A stretch of DNA of 35,155 bases, taken from assembly GCA_046724795.1 (NCBI GenBank), contig JBKOXF010000102.1:1-35155 (forward strand), given 5' to 3'. The DNA is from Actinomycetota bacterium. Lineage in GTDB: Bacteria > Actinomycetota > UBA4738 > JACQTL01. Position numbers and translations under genes: made by a program. Each line of letters starts with the position of its first letter. Within the stretch, counting starts at the first letter, position 1. Shown here in pieces: positions 1 to 7,248 of this stretch. The notes under the pieces were generated by a model that was not told the DNA's origin, searched no databases, and saw only the letters and a list, made by a program, of their open reading frames with translations.

Positions 1-653
1 GCGGTCGACACCGCCAGGAGGATCCTGGTCGGCAGCGGCAGCGTGCCGTGAAGCTGCGAGTAGATCGTCTTGAACTGCGGCACGATGAACATCAGCATCG
101 CGACCAGGATCAACGAGACCATCGCCAGGACCACGACGGGGTAGGTCATGGCCGACTTGACCCGCTGTCGGAGCGCGACTTCCTTCTCCGTGTTGTCGGC
201 GAGGCGAAGCAGCACCTGGTCGAGCACACCACCCGTCTCGCCGGCCTTGATCATGGCCACGTACAGGCTGGAGAACGTCTTGGGGTGCTTGGCCATGGCG
301 ACCGACAGGGACGAACCTCGCTCCACGTCCAGCCGCACCTGGGTGACGATCTTGCCGAGCTGCTTGCTCTCGGTCTGGTTCCCCAGGATGGTCAGGGCCT
401 TCAGGATGGGGAGGCCGGAGTTGACCATCGTCGCGAACTGGCGCGAGAAGACGGCCATGTGCTTGGGCTTGACGTGGCCCGGGCGCAGGTTGATCTCCAT
501 GGAGAGCCCCTCGCGCTTCTTGTTGACCTTGACGGGCGTGTAGCCCATCTCGCGCAAGCGGCCCAGGACGGCCTGGTCGTTGTCGCCCCAGATCGTGCCG
601 GTGCGGAGCTTCCCCTGGCGGTCCCTGACTTGGTATGCGTAGTTGTCAGCCAA
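1..653 (-). CDS. pilC: Type IV pilus inner-membrane platform protein PilC (T2SS F family), 5' part; truncated by the window edge
   Basis: Not in the ORF track; translated by hand from TTG at 653: MADNYAYQVRDRQGKLRTG...VFSRQFATMVNSGLPILKAL...VERGSSLSVAMAKHPKTFSSLYVAMIKAGETGGVLDQVLLRLA...VKSAMTYPVVV. These are classic GspF/PilC motifs. It overlaps the pilT stop by 8 bp and has AAGGG upstream. Confidence 0.93.
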   Translation of the reverse strand, partial: MADNYAYQVRDRQGKLRTGTIWGDNDQAVLGRLREMGYTPVKVNKKREGLSMEINLRPGHVKPKHMAVFSRQFATMVNSGLPILKALTILGNQTESKQLGKIVTQVRLDVERGSSLSVAMAKHPKTFSSLYVAMIKAGETGGVLDQVLLRLADNTEKEVALRQRVKSAMTYPVVVLAMVSLILVAMLMFIVPQFKTIYSQLHGTLPLPTRILLAVST

Positions 654-1878
654 CGTCGTAGCCCTTCGCGCCGTAGCCCGCCGCCGATCCCTGCACCATT
701 CCATCGGCAGTACGGAGCAATCGGTTGAGTTCCTCCGGGTCGTGGGAGCGTTCCGTGGCCAGGTCGTGCGTGATCTGGCCGGCCTTGACCAGGCGGGCCA
801 GGGACGCGTCCATGGTCTGCATCCCGAACCGGCCGCCGGCCTGCATCACGGAATAGACCTGGTGGACCTTGCCCTCCCTGATGAGGTGGCGGACCGCCGG
901 CGTGGCGATCAGGACCTCGGTAGCGGCCACCCGCCCCCGTCCGTCCGCGGTCTGCAGGAGCTGCTGGGTCACGACCCCTTGGAGCGTGGTCGACAGCTGG
1001 ACCCGGATCTGCTGCTGCTGGTGCGGGGGGAACACGTCGATGATCCGGTCGATGGTCTGCGGGGCGTCCTGCGTGTGCAGGGTCGCGAAGACGAGGTGTC
1101 CCGTCTCGGCCGCCGTGATGGCGGTCGAGATCGTCTCGAGGTCACGCATCTCACCGACCAGGATCACGTCTGGGTCCTGGCGTAGGACGTGCTTGAGGGC
1201 CTCGGAGAACGAGTGGGTGTCGGTCCCGATCTCGCGCTGGTTCACCATGGATCGCTTGTGCCGGTGGAGGAACTCGATCGGATCCTCGACCGTCATGATG
1301 TGGCACGCGCGCTCCACGTTCACGATGTCGACGAGCGACGCGAGCGTGGTGGACTTGCCCGAGCCGGTGGGGCCGGTCACGAGGATGAACCCGCGAGGCA
1401 AGCGAGCGAACTCCCCGACAACCGGCGGGATCCCGAGGTCGTCCAGGTTCTTGATCTCGAAGGGGATCAGCCGGAACGCGGCGCCGATGGAATCGCGCTG
1501 GAAGTACACGTTCACACGGAACCGCGCCTTGCCCGGCACGGAGTACGACAGGTCGAGCTCCAGCTCCTGCTCGAGCTTCTCCCGCTGCCGCTGCGAGATG
1601 ATCGCGTAGATCATCGTGCGCAGGGTCTGCGGCGTGAGCACCGGGTATTCGTCCAGACGGACCAGCTCGCCGAGCAGCCGAAGCACGGGCGGCGACCCCG
1701 ACGTGAGGTGGAGGTCGGACGCCCCTCGCTCGAGGACGACGTCCAGGAGGTCGGGGATGAGCAGCTGGTGCTCCGGGGGTTGCGCCTGGACCTGCGTGGC
1801 GACGGCCGTCTGACCGTTGCCGGCGCCCTCGACTGGCGCCTCCATGGGCGGGGGTGCGTCTTCGAATTGGGCGCTCAT
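646..1878 (-). CDS. pilT: Type IV pilus retraction ATPase PilT
   Basis: ASDLHL, Walker A GPTGSGKSTT, Asp box TVEDPIE, Walker B LRQDPDVILVGEMRD, His box AAETGHLVFATLHT, and AIRNLIRE-like AVRHLIRE. Its ATGA overlaps the pilB stop. Confidence 0.95.
   Translation of the reverse strand: MSAQFEDAPPPMEAPVEGAGNGQTAVATQVQAQPPEHQLLIPDLLDVVLERGASDLHLTSGSPPVLRLLGELVRLDEYPVLTPQTLRTMIYAIISQRQREKLEQELELDLSYSVPGKARFRVNVYFQRDSIGAAFRLIPFEIKNLDDLGIPPVVGEFARLPRGFILVTGPTGSGKSTTLASLVDIVNVERACHIMTVEDPIEFLHRHKRSMVNQREIGTDTHSFSEALKHVLRQDPDVILVGEMRDLETISTAITAAETGHLVFATLHTQDAPQTIDRIIDVFPPHQQQQIRVQLSTTLQGVVTQQLLQTADGRGRVAATEVLIATPAVRHLIREGKVHQVYSVMQAGGRFGMQTMDASLARLVKAGQITHDLATERSHDPEELNRLLRTADGMVQGSAAGYGAKGYDVG
701..728 (-). 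promoter_or_regulatory. Putative sigma-28 (FliA/WhiG-like) promoter for pilC, inside the 3' end of pilT
   Basis: The minus strand reads TCAAC-N15-GCCGATGG, about 48 nt upstream of the pilC start. Spacing matches the TAAA-N15-GCCGATAA consensus. Confidence 0.6.
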
Positions 1879-3548
1879 ACGACCACCCGCAGCACTTCCT
1901 CGACCGAGGTCATCCCCAGCCGAGCCTTCTCCAGGCCGTCGTCGCGGAGGGACTTCATCCCCTGCTCGACGGCCAGGTGGCGGATCGCCTCAGACGAGGC
2001 GCGCTCCGCGGTCATGCGTTCGATCTCCTCGCTCATCAGCATCACCTCGTAGAGTCCGATCCGGCCCTTGTAGCCGGTCTTCGCGCAGTTCCCGCATCCC
2101 ACCGCGTGGTACAGCGTGGGGATGTCCTGCCACTGATATTCGGGGAACCCCGCCGCAGCCAACTGGCTCTCGTTGGGTTCGTATCCCTCGCGACAGCGGT
2201 CGCAGAGCTTCCGAAGGAGGCGCTGGGCCACGACGCAGTCGATGCCCGACGCCACCAGGTAGGCCTCGACGTCCATCTCCTGGAGGCGGGTCAGCGCGGA
2301 CGGTGCGTCGTTCGTGTGCAACGTGGTGAGCACCAGGTGACCGGTGAGGGCCGCCTCCATCGCGATCATCGCCGTCTCGCGGTCGCGGACCTCGCCGACC
2401 ATCACGATGTCGGGGTCGGCGCGCAGGATGGAGCGCAGGGCCGACGCGAACGTCAATCCGGCCTTCGTGTGCACCTGAACCTGGTTGATCCCGCGCAGGC
2501 GGTACTCGACGGGGTCTTCGACCGTGATGATGTTGCGGTCGGGCTCGTTCAAGATGTTGAGCGTGGCGTACAGCGTCGTCGACTTGCCCGATCCCGTCGG
2601 GCCGGTGACGAAGATCGCGCCGTACGGCTTGCGGAAGGATGTCTCGAACCGCTTGTAGGAATCCTCCAAGAACCCCAGCTGCTCCAGCTTCAGGAGCACG
2701 GACTCCTTGTCCAGGATCCGGATGACCACCTTCTCGCCGAACACGGTCGGGAGCGTGGCGAGCCGCAGGTCGACGCTCCGGCCGGAGACCTTCAGCCCGA
2801 CCCGGCCGTCCTGCGGGACGCGCTTCTCCGCGATGTTCATGTCGCCCATGACCTTCAGGCGCGAGACCAGGCCGGAATGAATGTTGCGCGGCGAGCGCAT
2901 CATCTCGTGGAGCACGCCGTCCACCCGGAACCGGATCCGAACGTCGGACTCGGTGGGCTCGATGTGGATGTCGGAGGCCCGGTCCTCGACGGCCCGGGTC
3001 AGGACCATGTGGACGAGCTTGACGATGGGGGCGTCCTCGACAGCCGTCTCCGCGTCGGCAGGGCCGACGTCATCGCTCTGCTCGGCGGCCTCGGCCGTCA
3101 GCGCCTCGACGGACCCCTCCAAGTGGCTGAACTTGCGGATCGCGGCAACGACGTCGGCGGCCGTCGCCACGACCGGCTGGATGTCCCGGCCGGTGATGGT
3201 GCGGATGTCGTCCAGCGCATACACGTTGGCGGGGTCGGACATGGCGACCAGAAGCTTGCCGTCGCGCTCCGCGTACGGCAGCGCCCGGTGACGCTTGGCC
3301 ACTCCCTCTGGGATGAGGCCGGCCACGGTCGGGTCCGGCGGGGTCTCGGTGAGGTCCACGAACTCCAGGCCGACCTGGAGCGCGAGCGCGCGAACCAGGT
3401 CGACCTCGCGGATCAGCCCGTGGTCGATGAGGATGCGACCGATCGACTTCGGCACGCGCTCCTGCTCCTGCAGCGCGAACTCGAGCTGATCGGGCGTGAT
3501 CAGGCCCTCCTCGACGAGGATGGGCCCCAGCTCTTTCTTCTTCTTCAC
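1875..3548 (-). CDS. pilB: Type IV pilus extension ATPase PilB (GspE/PulE family) with an N-terminal MshEN-like domain
   Basis: RASDIHIEP, RVPQDGR, GPTGSGKSTT, TVEDPVE, LRADPDIVMVGEVRD and LTTLHTND motifs. Zn-binding CDRC...CGNC and GYKGRIG are present. The N-terminus has LGxxLVxxGLI repeats. Confidence 0.95.
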   Translation of the reverse strand: MKKKKELGPILVEEGLITPDQLEFALQEQERVPKSIGRILIDHGLIREVDLVRALALQVGLEFVDLTETPPDPTVAGLIPEGVAKRHRALPYAERDGKLLVAMSDPANVYALDDIRTITGRDIQPVVATAADVVAAIRKFSHLEGSVEALTAEAAEQSDDVGPADAETAVEDAPIVKLVHMVLTRAVEDRASDIHIEPTESDVRIRFRVDGVLHEMMRSPRNIHSGLVSRLKVMGDMNIAEKRVPQDGRVGLKVSGRSVDLRLATLPTVFGEKVVIRILDKESVLLKLEQLGFLEDSYKRFETSFRKPYGAIFVTGPTGSGKSTTLYATLNILNEPDRNIITVEDPVEYRLRGINQVQVHTKAGLTFASALRSILRADPDIVMVGEVRDRETAMIAMEAALTGHLVLTTLHTNDAPSALTRLQEMDVEAYLVASGIDCVVAQRLLRKLCDRCREGYEPNESQLAAAGFPEYQWQDIPTLYHAVGCGNCAKTGYKGRIGLYEVMLMSEEIERMTAERASSEAIRHLAVEQGMKSLRDDGLEKARLGMTSVEEVLRVVV

Positions 3549-3570
3549 GGATCCATGCCCCCGTCAGTGC

Positions 3571-4794
3571 TCATGCAGAGTCTTCGTCACTACGGCGGTC
3601 TTCCTGTAGGAGTCCGGCGAACTCTCGGGCCAGCGCGACTGGATCGATCTCCGAGTCGTCGATGAACGAGGGAACGGGTCCCTCATCCGTCCCCTCACCC
3701 GAGCCGGCGGGGGGCTCGTCCGCCGGCGGCCCCAGGGGGTCGGACATCTCCTCGAGCGGAAGGGGCTGCAGCACCTCGTCCACCGGTGGCGCGAGAGGGT
3801 CCGGTAGCTCCTCGAGCGGAAGGGGCTGCAGCACCTCGTCCACCGGTGGCGCGAGAGGGTCCGGTAGCTCCTCGAGCGGAAGGGGCTGCAGCACCTCGTC
3901 CACCGGGGGCGCGAGAGGCTCTTGCAGCTCCTCGATCGAGAGCGGCTCCGCGATCTCGTTCAATGGCGGGTCCAGCGCCTCCGACACGGGCCCGGTCATC
4001 GACGACCCCAGGGGCTCCGAGAACTGCCCGTCGAGGATCGGGTCCGTCGGCTCTGCCAACGGAATCTCCAACTCCGTCGCTCCGGACTCCGCGGCAGGCG
4101 GCTGTAGCTCCGCGCCGACCGGCTCCGGGACGAGGCGCGCGAACCGCGCGCTCAGCGGGTCCTCGAATGGCTCCACCATGTGCGTCTTGATCCGCTCGAA
4201 GATCGGCTTGTCGGCCTCGGCGACTGGATCGACCGGTGGCGCGGCGTGCGCGGGGAGCGGCTCGAAGGCGTTATCGAGAGGCTCGAACCCGTTGTTCAGA
4301 GGCTCGAAGCCGTTGCTCAGAGGCTCGAACTCGGTGTCCAGACGCTCGAACTCGTTGTCTGCGGGACCGGACACACCGTTGGGGGGCTCGTCGGGCCCCT
4401 GGGCGATGGCCTTGGGCGTCGTTCCCTCCACCAACTCGACCCGGTCGGGAGGCCTCGCCACCGCCAGGTTGTCCCTGGACTCTCCCGCCACCGCCAGTGT
4501 CTGCTCCAGATGGTCGATCAGGACGCCGGGGCGAGTCGAACCGTCCGCGACGGCAAATGCTGCGTACGGGCCGGAGCTGAGATAGGCCCACAGTTGGTCG
4601 TCGACCTTGACGAATCCACGTTCCGGGTTGCCGATGGCGGCGAAACGCAGCCATGCCTCTTTGATCCCGTCTCCGTCTCCGTCCGCGGGCGGGAACGTCC
4701 CGAGAACGAGCCCGTCGGACGACAGGATGATGCAGCCGAGGACGTCGCTGAATGACGCGACCCTCGAAGCGAGTGCCGAGTAGTCGATGTCCAT
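3571..4794 (-). CDS. Hypothetical protein: N-terminal Roadblock/LC7 (MglB-like) domain, long acidic Pro-rich repeat linker, short C-terminal helix
   Basis: The first ~105 aa (YSALASRVASFSDVLGCIILSSDGLVLG...AFAVADGSTRPGVLIDHLEQ) fit the Roadblock helix-beta-beta 'DGL' pattern. The middle is D/E/P-rich with tandem repeats. The C-terminus is IDPVALAREFAGLLQED. It lies 22 bp upstream of pilB in the same orientation. Confidence 0.7.
   Translation of the reverse strand: MDIDYSALASRVASFSDVLGCIILSSDGLVLGTFPPADGDGDGIKEAWLRFAAIGNPERGFVKVDDQLWAYLSSGPYAAFAVADGSTRPGVLIDHLEQTLAVAGESRDNLAVARPPDRVELVEGTTPKAIAQGPDEPPNGVSGPADNEFERLDTEFEPLSNGFEPLNNGFEPLDNAFEPLPAHAAPPVDPVAEADKPIFERIKTHMVEPFEDPLSARFARLVPEPVGAELQPPAAESGATELEIPLAEPTDPILDGQFSEPLGSSMTGPVSEALDPPLNEIAEPLSIEELQEPLAPPVDEVLQPLPLEELPDPLAPPVDEVLQPLPLEELPDPLAPPVDEVLQPLPLEEMSDPLGPPADEPPAGSGEGTDEGPVPSFIDDSEIDPVALAREFAGLLQEDRRSDEDSA
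3581..3608 (-). promoter_or_regulatory. Possible weaker sigma-28/WhiG-like promoter for pilB, inside the 3' end of the upstream gene
   Basis: The minus strand reads TACAG-N15-GACGAAGA, about 32 nt upstream of the pilB GTG. Spacing is the same as the other two sites but the match is more degenerate. Confidence 0.35.
3748..3935. repeat. Intragenic 60-bp tandem repeat, about 3 copies (20-aa unit EELPDPLAPPVDEVLQPLPL)
   Basis: 3781-3840 is identical to 3841-3900. Flanking partial or degenerate copies lie at 3748-3780 and 3901-3935. Confidence 0.95.
4256..4360. repeat. Intragenic 21-bp tandem repeat, 5 degenerate copies (7-aa unit xxxFEPL)
   Basis: Units on the + strand: agcggctcgaaggcgttatcg / agaggctcgaacccgttgttc / agaggctcgaagccgttgctc / agaggctcgaactcggtgtcc / agacgctcgaactcgttgtct. 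They encode DNEFERL-DTEFEPL-SNGFEPL-NNGFEPL-DNAFEPL. Confidence 0.9.
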
Positions 4795-4812
4795 GAAGGC
4801 TTCTCTGTAGAT

Positions 4813-4840
4813 GCATCGGAGATCGTGGAGAGGCGCTTGA
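4813..4840 (-). promoter_or_regulatory. Putative sigma-28 (FliA/WhiG-like) promoter heading the pilus locus
   Basis: The minus strand reads TCAAG-N15-TCCGATGC in the 52-bp gap between aroE and the Roadblock-like gene. Confidence 0.6.
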
Positions 4841-4846
4841 GCGTGT

Positions 4847-5728
4847 TCAGGCAGCCGCGGGGCCCAGTTCGGCCAATGCGGCTGCCGACATGACGTCCAG
4901 AGGTGGGACGTGACCGGTCCAGAGCTCGAAGGACAGGGCCGCTTGATGCAGCAGCATGCCGAGCCCAGTGAACGCGCTGGCGCCCGTCTCGCGCGCCCTC
5001 GCCACCAGCGGCGTCACGGTGGGGCGATACAGCAAGTCGACGACGAGTTGGCCAGCATGCAGTGGTGGAAGCGGGAGCAGGTCCCCATGAACGGGCGTGG
5101 CGTTCACGAAGAGATCGGCGCCTCGGGGCGGCGGATCGTTCCAGGACGCGACATGCAGCTCGGCGCGGTCCGCGAGCCGTTCGGCGAGCAGCCCTTCTCC
5201 CTTCTTGAGGTCCCGGACCACGACGGTCGCCCTCACTGCTCCGCCCCGCACGACCGCTGCGATACAGGCCCGTGCCGCACCGCCGGCCCCGTAGACCACG
5301 ATCGATCGCCCGGCCGGGTCGAAGCCGGCGTCTTGTTCGAGGAACCTGGCGAACCCGGCCACGTCGGTATTGTGTCCCTCCAACCTCTCCGCCCCGAACA
5401 CCAGGCTGTTCACCGCACCGACGAGCTCGGCGTCCTCGGACAGGGTCGCGGACGCCGTCGCGGCCTCCTCCTTGTGCGGCATGGTGACATTCGCGCCGGC
5501 GAATCCCATCGCCCGCAGTCCCGCCAGCGCCGTGAGCAGGGAGTCCGGGCCGACCGGAAGAGGCACGTAGACCCAGTCGAGCCCGAGTGCCGCATAGGCG
5601 GCGTTGTGGATCACCGGCGACAGGCTTTGCTCCACCGGCCAGCCGATGACGCCGGCGAGCGTGGTCGTCCCCGTGATGGTCCCCGCGGCACGGGCTGCTG
5701 ACTCGATCTCTTGTGGGAGGTCATCCAA
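4847..5728 (-). CDS. aroE: Shikimate dehydrogenase
   Basis: GWPVEQSLSP, GANVTMPHK, VGAVNS, GHNTD, GAGGAA, DLLY and GLGMLLHQA motifs. The TTG start is uncertain. Confidence 0.93.
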   Translation of the reverse strand: MDDLPQEIESAARAAGTITGTTTLAGVIGWPVEQSLSPVIHNAAYAALGLDWVYVPLPVGPDSLLTALAGLRAMGFAGANVTMPHKEEAATASATLSEDAELVGAVNSLVFGAERLEGHNTDVAGFARFLEQDAGFDPAGRSIVVYGAGGAARACIAAVVRGGAVRATVVVRDLKKGEGLLAERLADRAELHVASWNDPPPRGADLFVNATPVHGDLLPLPPLHAGQLVVDLLYRPTVTPLVARARETGASAFTGLGMLLHQAALSFELWTGHVPPLDVMSAAALAELGPAAA

Positions 5729-6800
5729 GACACTGCGCCTTGAGGTGCAGGAACTCCTGATACGACGCGGTGAATGCGCTTCGGCCCTTCGATCCGCACT
5801 TCACGTAGTACAGGTAGTTGACGTCCGCGGGCTGGAGCGCGGCGCGAAGCGATGCCAGGCTCGGGCTCGCGATCGGCGTCGGGGGCAGCCCCGGGCGATT
5901 GCGTGTGTTGTACGGACTGTTCGACTCGAGATCCGAGTTGCTCAGGGAGTTGTCGCCGGGCGTGGGATCGTCGTACAGCAGCGTCGCGTCGATCTGCAAC
6001 GCCATCCCCATCTTCAGCCGGTTGTAGATCACGGCGGCGACCTTCGCGCGGTCCGGTGGGTATCCGGTCTCCCTCTCGATCATCGATGCGATCGTGACGA
6101 TCTCGTAGTCGTTCACGCCGAGCTTCTTCGCGTTCTTCCAGGGCAGGCCCCCGGCTTGCGACCGGAACTGGTCCAGGAGGTAGGTGATCACGCTGTCGGC
6201 CGTGTTCTTGTGCTTCGGGAACTGATAGGTGTTCGGGAGCAGGAACCCCTCGACCGAGGGCGACCCCTTCGGCAGATATGGCGGGAGGGAGTACGTCCCG
6301 CCGAACGCGGCGTCCTCGAACTCCTGCCTCGGGACGTCCAGGAGCTGTTCCGCCCGCGCCGCGATCTGGGTGACACGCCATCCCGGAGGGATCGTGAACC
6401 GGACGGCGGGCGCCGCGGCCGGTCCCTTCGCCAACGCGGCGAGCGCGGCATCGAATCCCATATTCGTCGTGAGCCGGTAGGAGCCGGCCTGGAAGCTCTG
6501 CTTCTTCGATCGAAGAGCGATCCGAGAGACGAGCCCGCCGCAGCGGATCACGGCCTTGTCGTGCAACATCGAAACCACCTCGGTGCCCGATGCGCCTCGG
6601 GGAACCACGACGGTGACGTCGCGTCCGGAGCCCGAGCCTCCCTGGCACCACCGGTAATAGGTGAACGCCGCGACCCCGACGGAGACCACGAGCAGCAGGA
6701 GCACGAGGACGAGAATCAGACCCCGTCGGCGCTTGCGACGGCGTCCGGGAGGTCCTCCTGTGGGGGTGCCCGTTTCGAGCTGATCGAACAGGCTCGACAT
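5721..6800 (-). CDS. mltG: Endolytic transglycosylase MltG (YceG family)
   Basis: N-terminal TM after RRRKRRR, followed by EGFLLPNTY, IASMIERE (catalytic Glu), VIYNRL, LQIDAT and SPYNT..GLPPTPI. The start was moved to the ATG at 6800, which lies 7 nt after a TAGACT -10 element. Confidence 0.93.
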   Translation of the reverse strand: MSSLFDQLETGTPTGGPPGRRRKRRRGLILVLVLLLLVVSVGVAAFTYYRWCQGGSGSGRDVTVVVPRGASGTEVVSMLHDKAVIRCGGLVSRIALRSKKQSFQAGSYRLTTNMGFDAALAALAKGPAAAPAVRFTIPPGWRVTQIAARAEQLLDVPRQEFEDAAFGGTYSLPPYLPKGSPSVEGFLLPNTYQFPKHKNTADSVITYLLDQFRSQAGGLPWKNAKKLGVNDYEIVTIASMIERETGYPPDRAKVAAVIYNRLKMGMALQIDATLLYDDPTPGDNSLSNSDLESNSPYNTRNRPGLPPTPIASPSLASLRAALQPADVNYLYYVKCGSKGRSAFTASYQEFLHLKAQCLG

Positions 6801-6810
6801 CCGGCGGAGT

Positions 6811-7248
6811 CTACCCGCGGTGGCGGTCCAGCCATGCCTGCAAGATGATCGCCGCGGCAGAGCGGTCGACGGCTCGACGCCGCTCCCGCCCTCCGACGCC
6901 GGCCTCCCGGAGTGCACGGTCCGCCTCCACCGTCGACAACCGTTCGTCGTGCAGCTCGACCCGGATTGCCAGGAACGACCGGAGTGCGCCGGCGAACTCC
7001 TCGGCCTGCCGGGCTCGAGGCCCGACCGCTCCCGACATCGAGATGGGGTGTCCCACGACGACCACGGCGATGTCGTTCTCGGTCACGAGCTTCTGGATGG
7101 CTTTCAGGTCCTGGGGCGCGCCGGTCGGCACCGTCCCCAGGGGCACCGCCAGAGTCCGTTCTGGGTCGGAGATGGCGACGCCGATGCGCGCGTCCCCCAG
7201 GTCGAGCCCCAGGACCCGCCCCGTCTCAGCGTTGCGCGAGGAGCTCAT
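6811..7248 (-). CDS. ruvX: Holliday junction resolvase-like / pre-16S rRNA nuclease RuvX (YqgF)
   Basis: LGLDLGDARIGVAISD, VVGHP, DERLST and VDRSAA motifs. It has the conserved alaS-ruvX-mltG synteny. Confidence 0.95.
   Translation of the reverse strand: MSSSRNAETGRVLGLDLGDARIGVAISDPERTLAVPLGTVPTGAPQDLKAIQKLVTENDIAVVVVGHPISMSGAVGPRARQAEEFAGALRSFLAIRVELHDERLSTVEADRALREAGVGGRERRRAVDRSAAAIILQAWLDRHRG

Noticed and set aside
3748-3935. 60-bp repeats as a possible CRISPR array
   Set aside because: The units are contiguous with no unique spacers, lie in frame within a CDS, and no cas genes are present.
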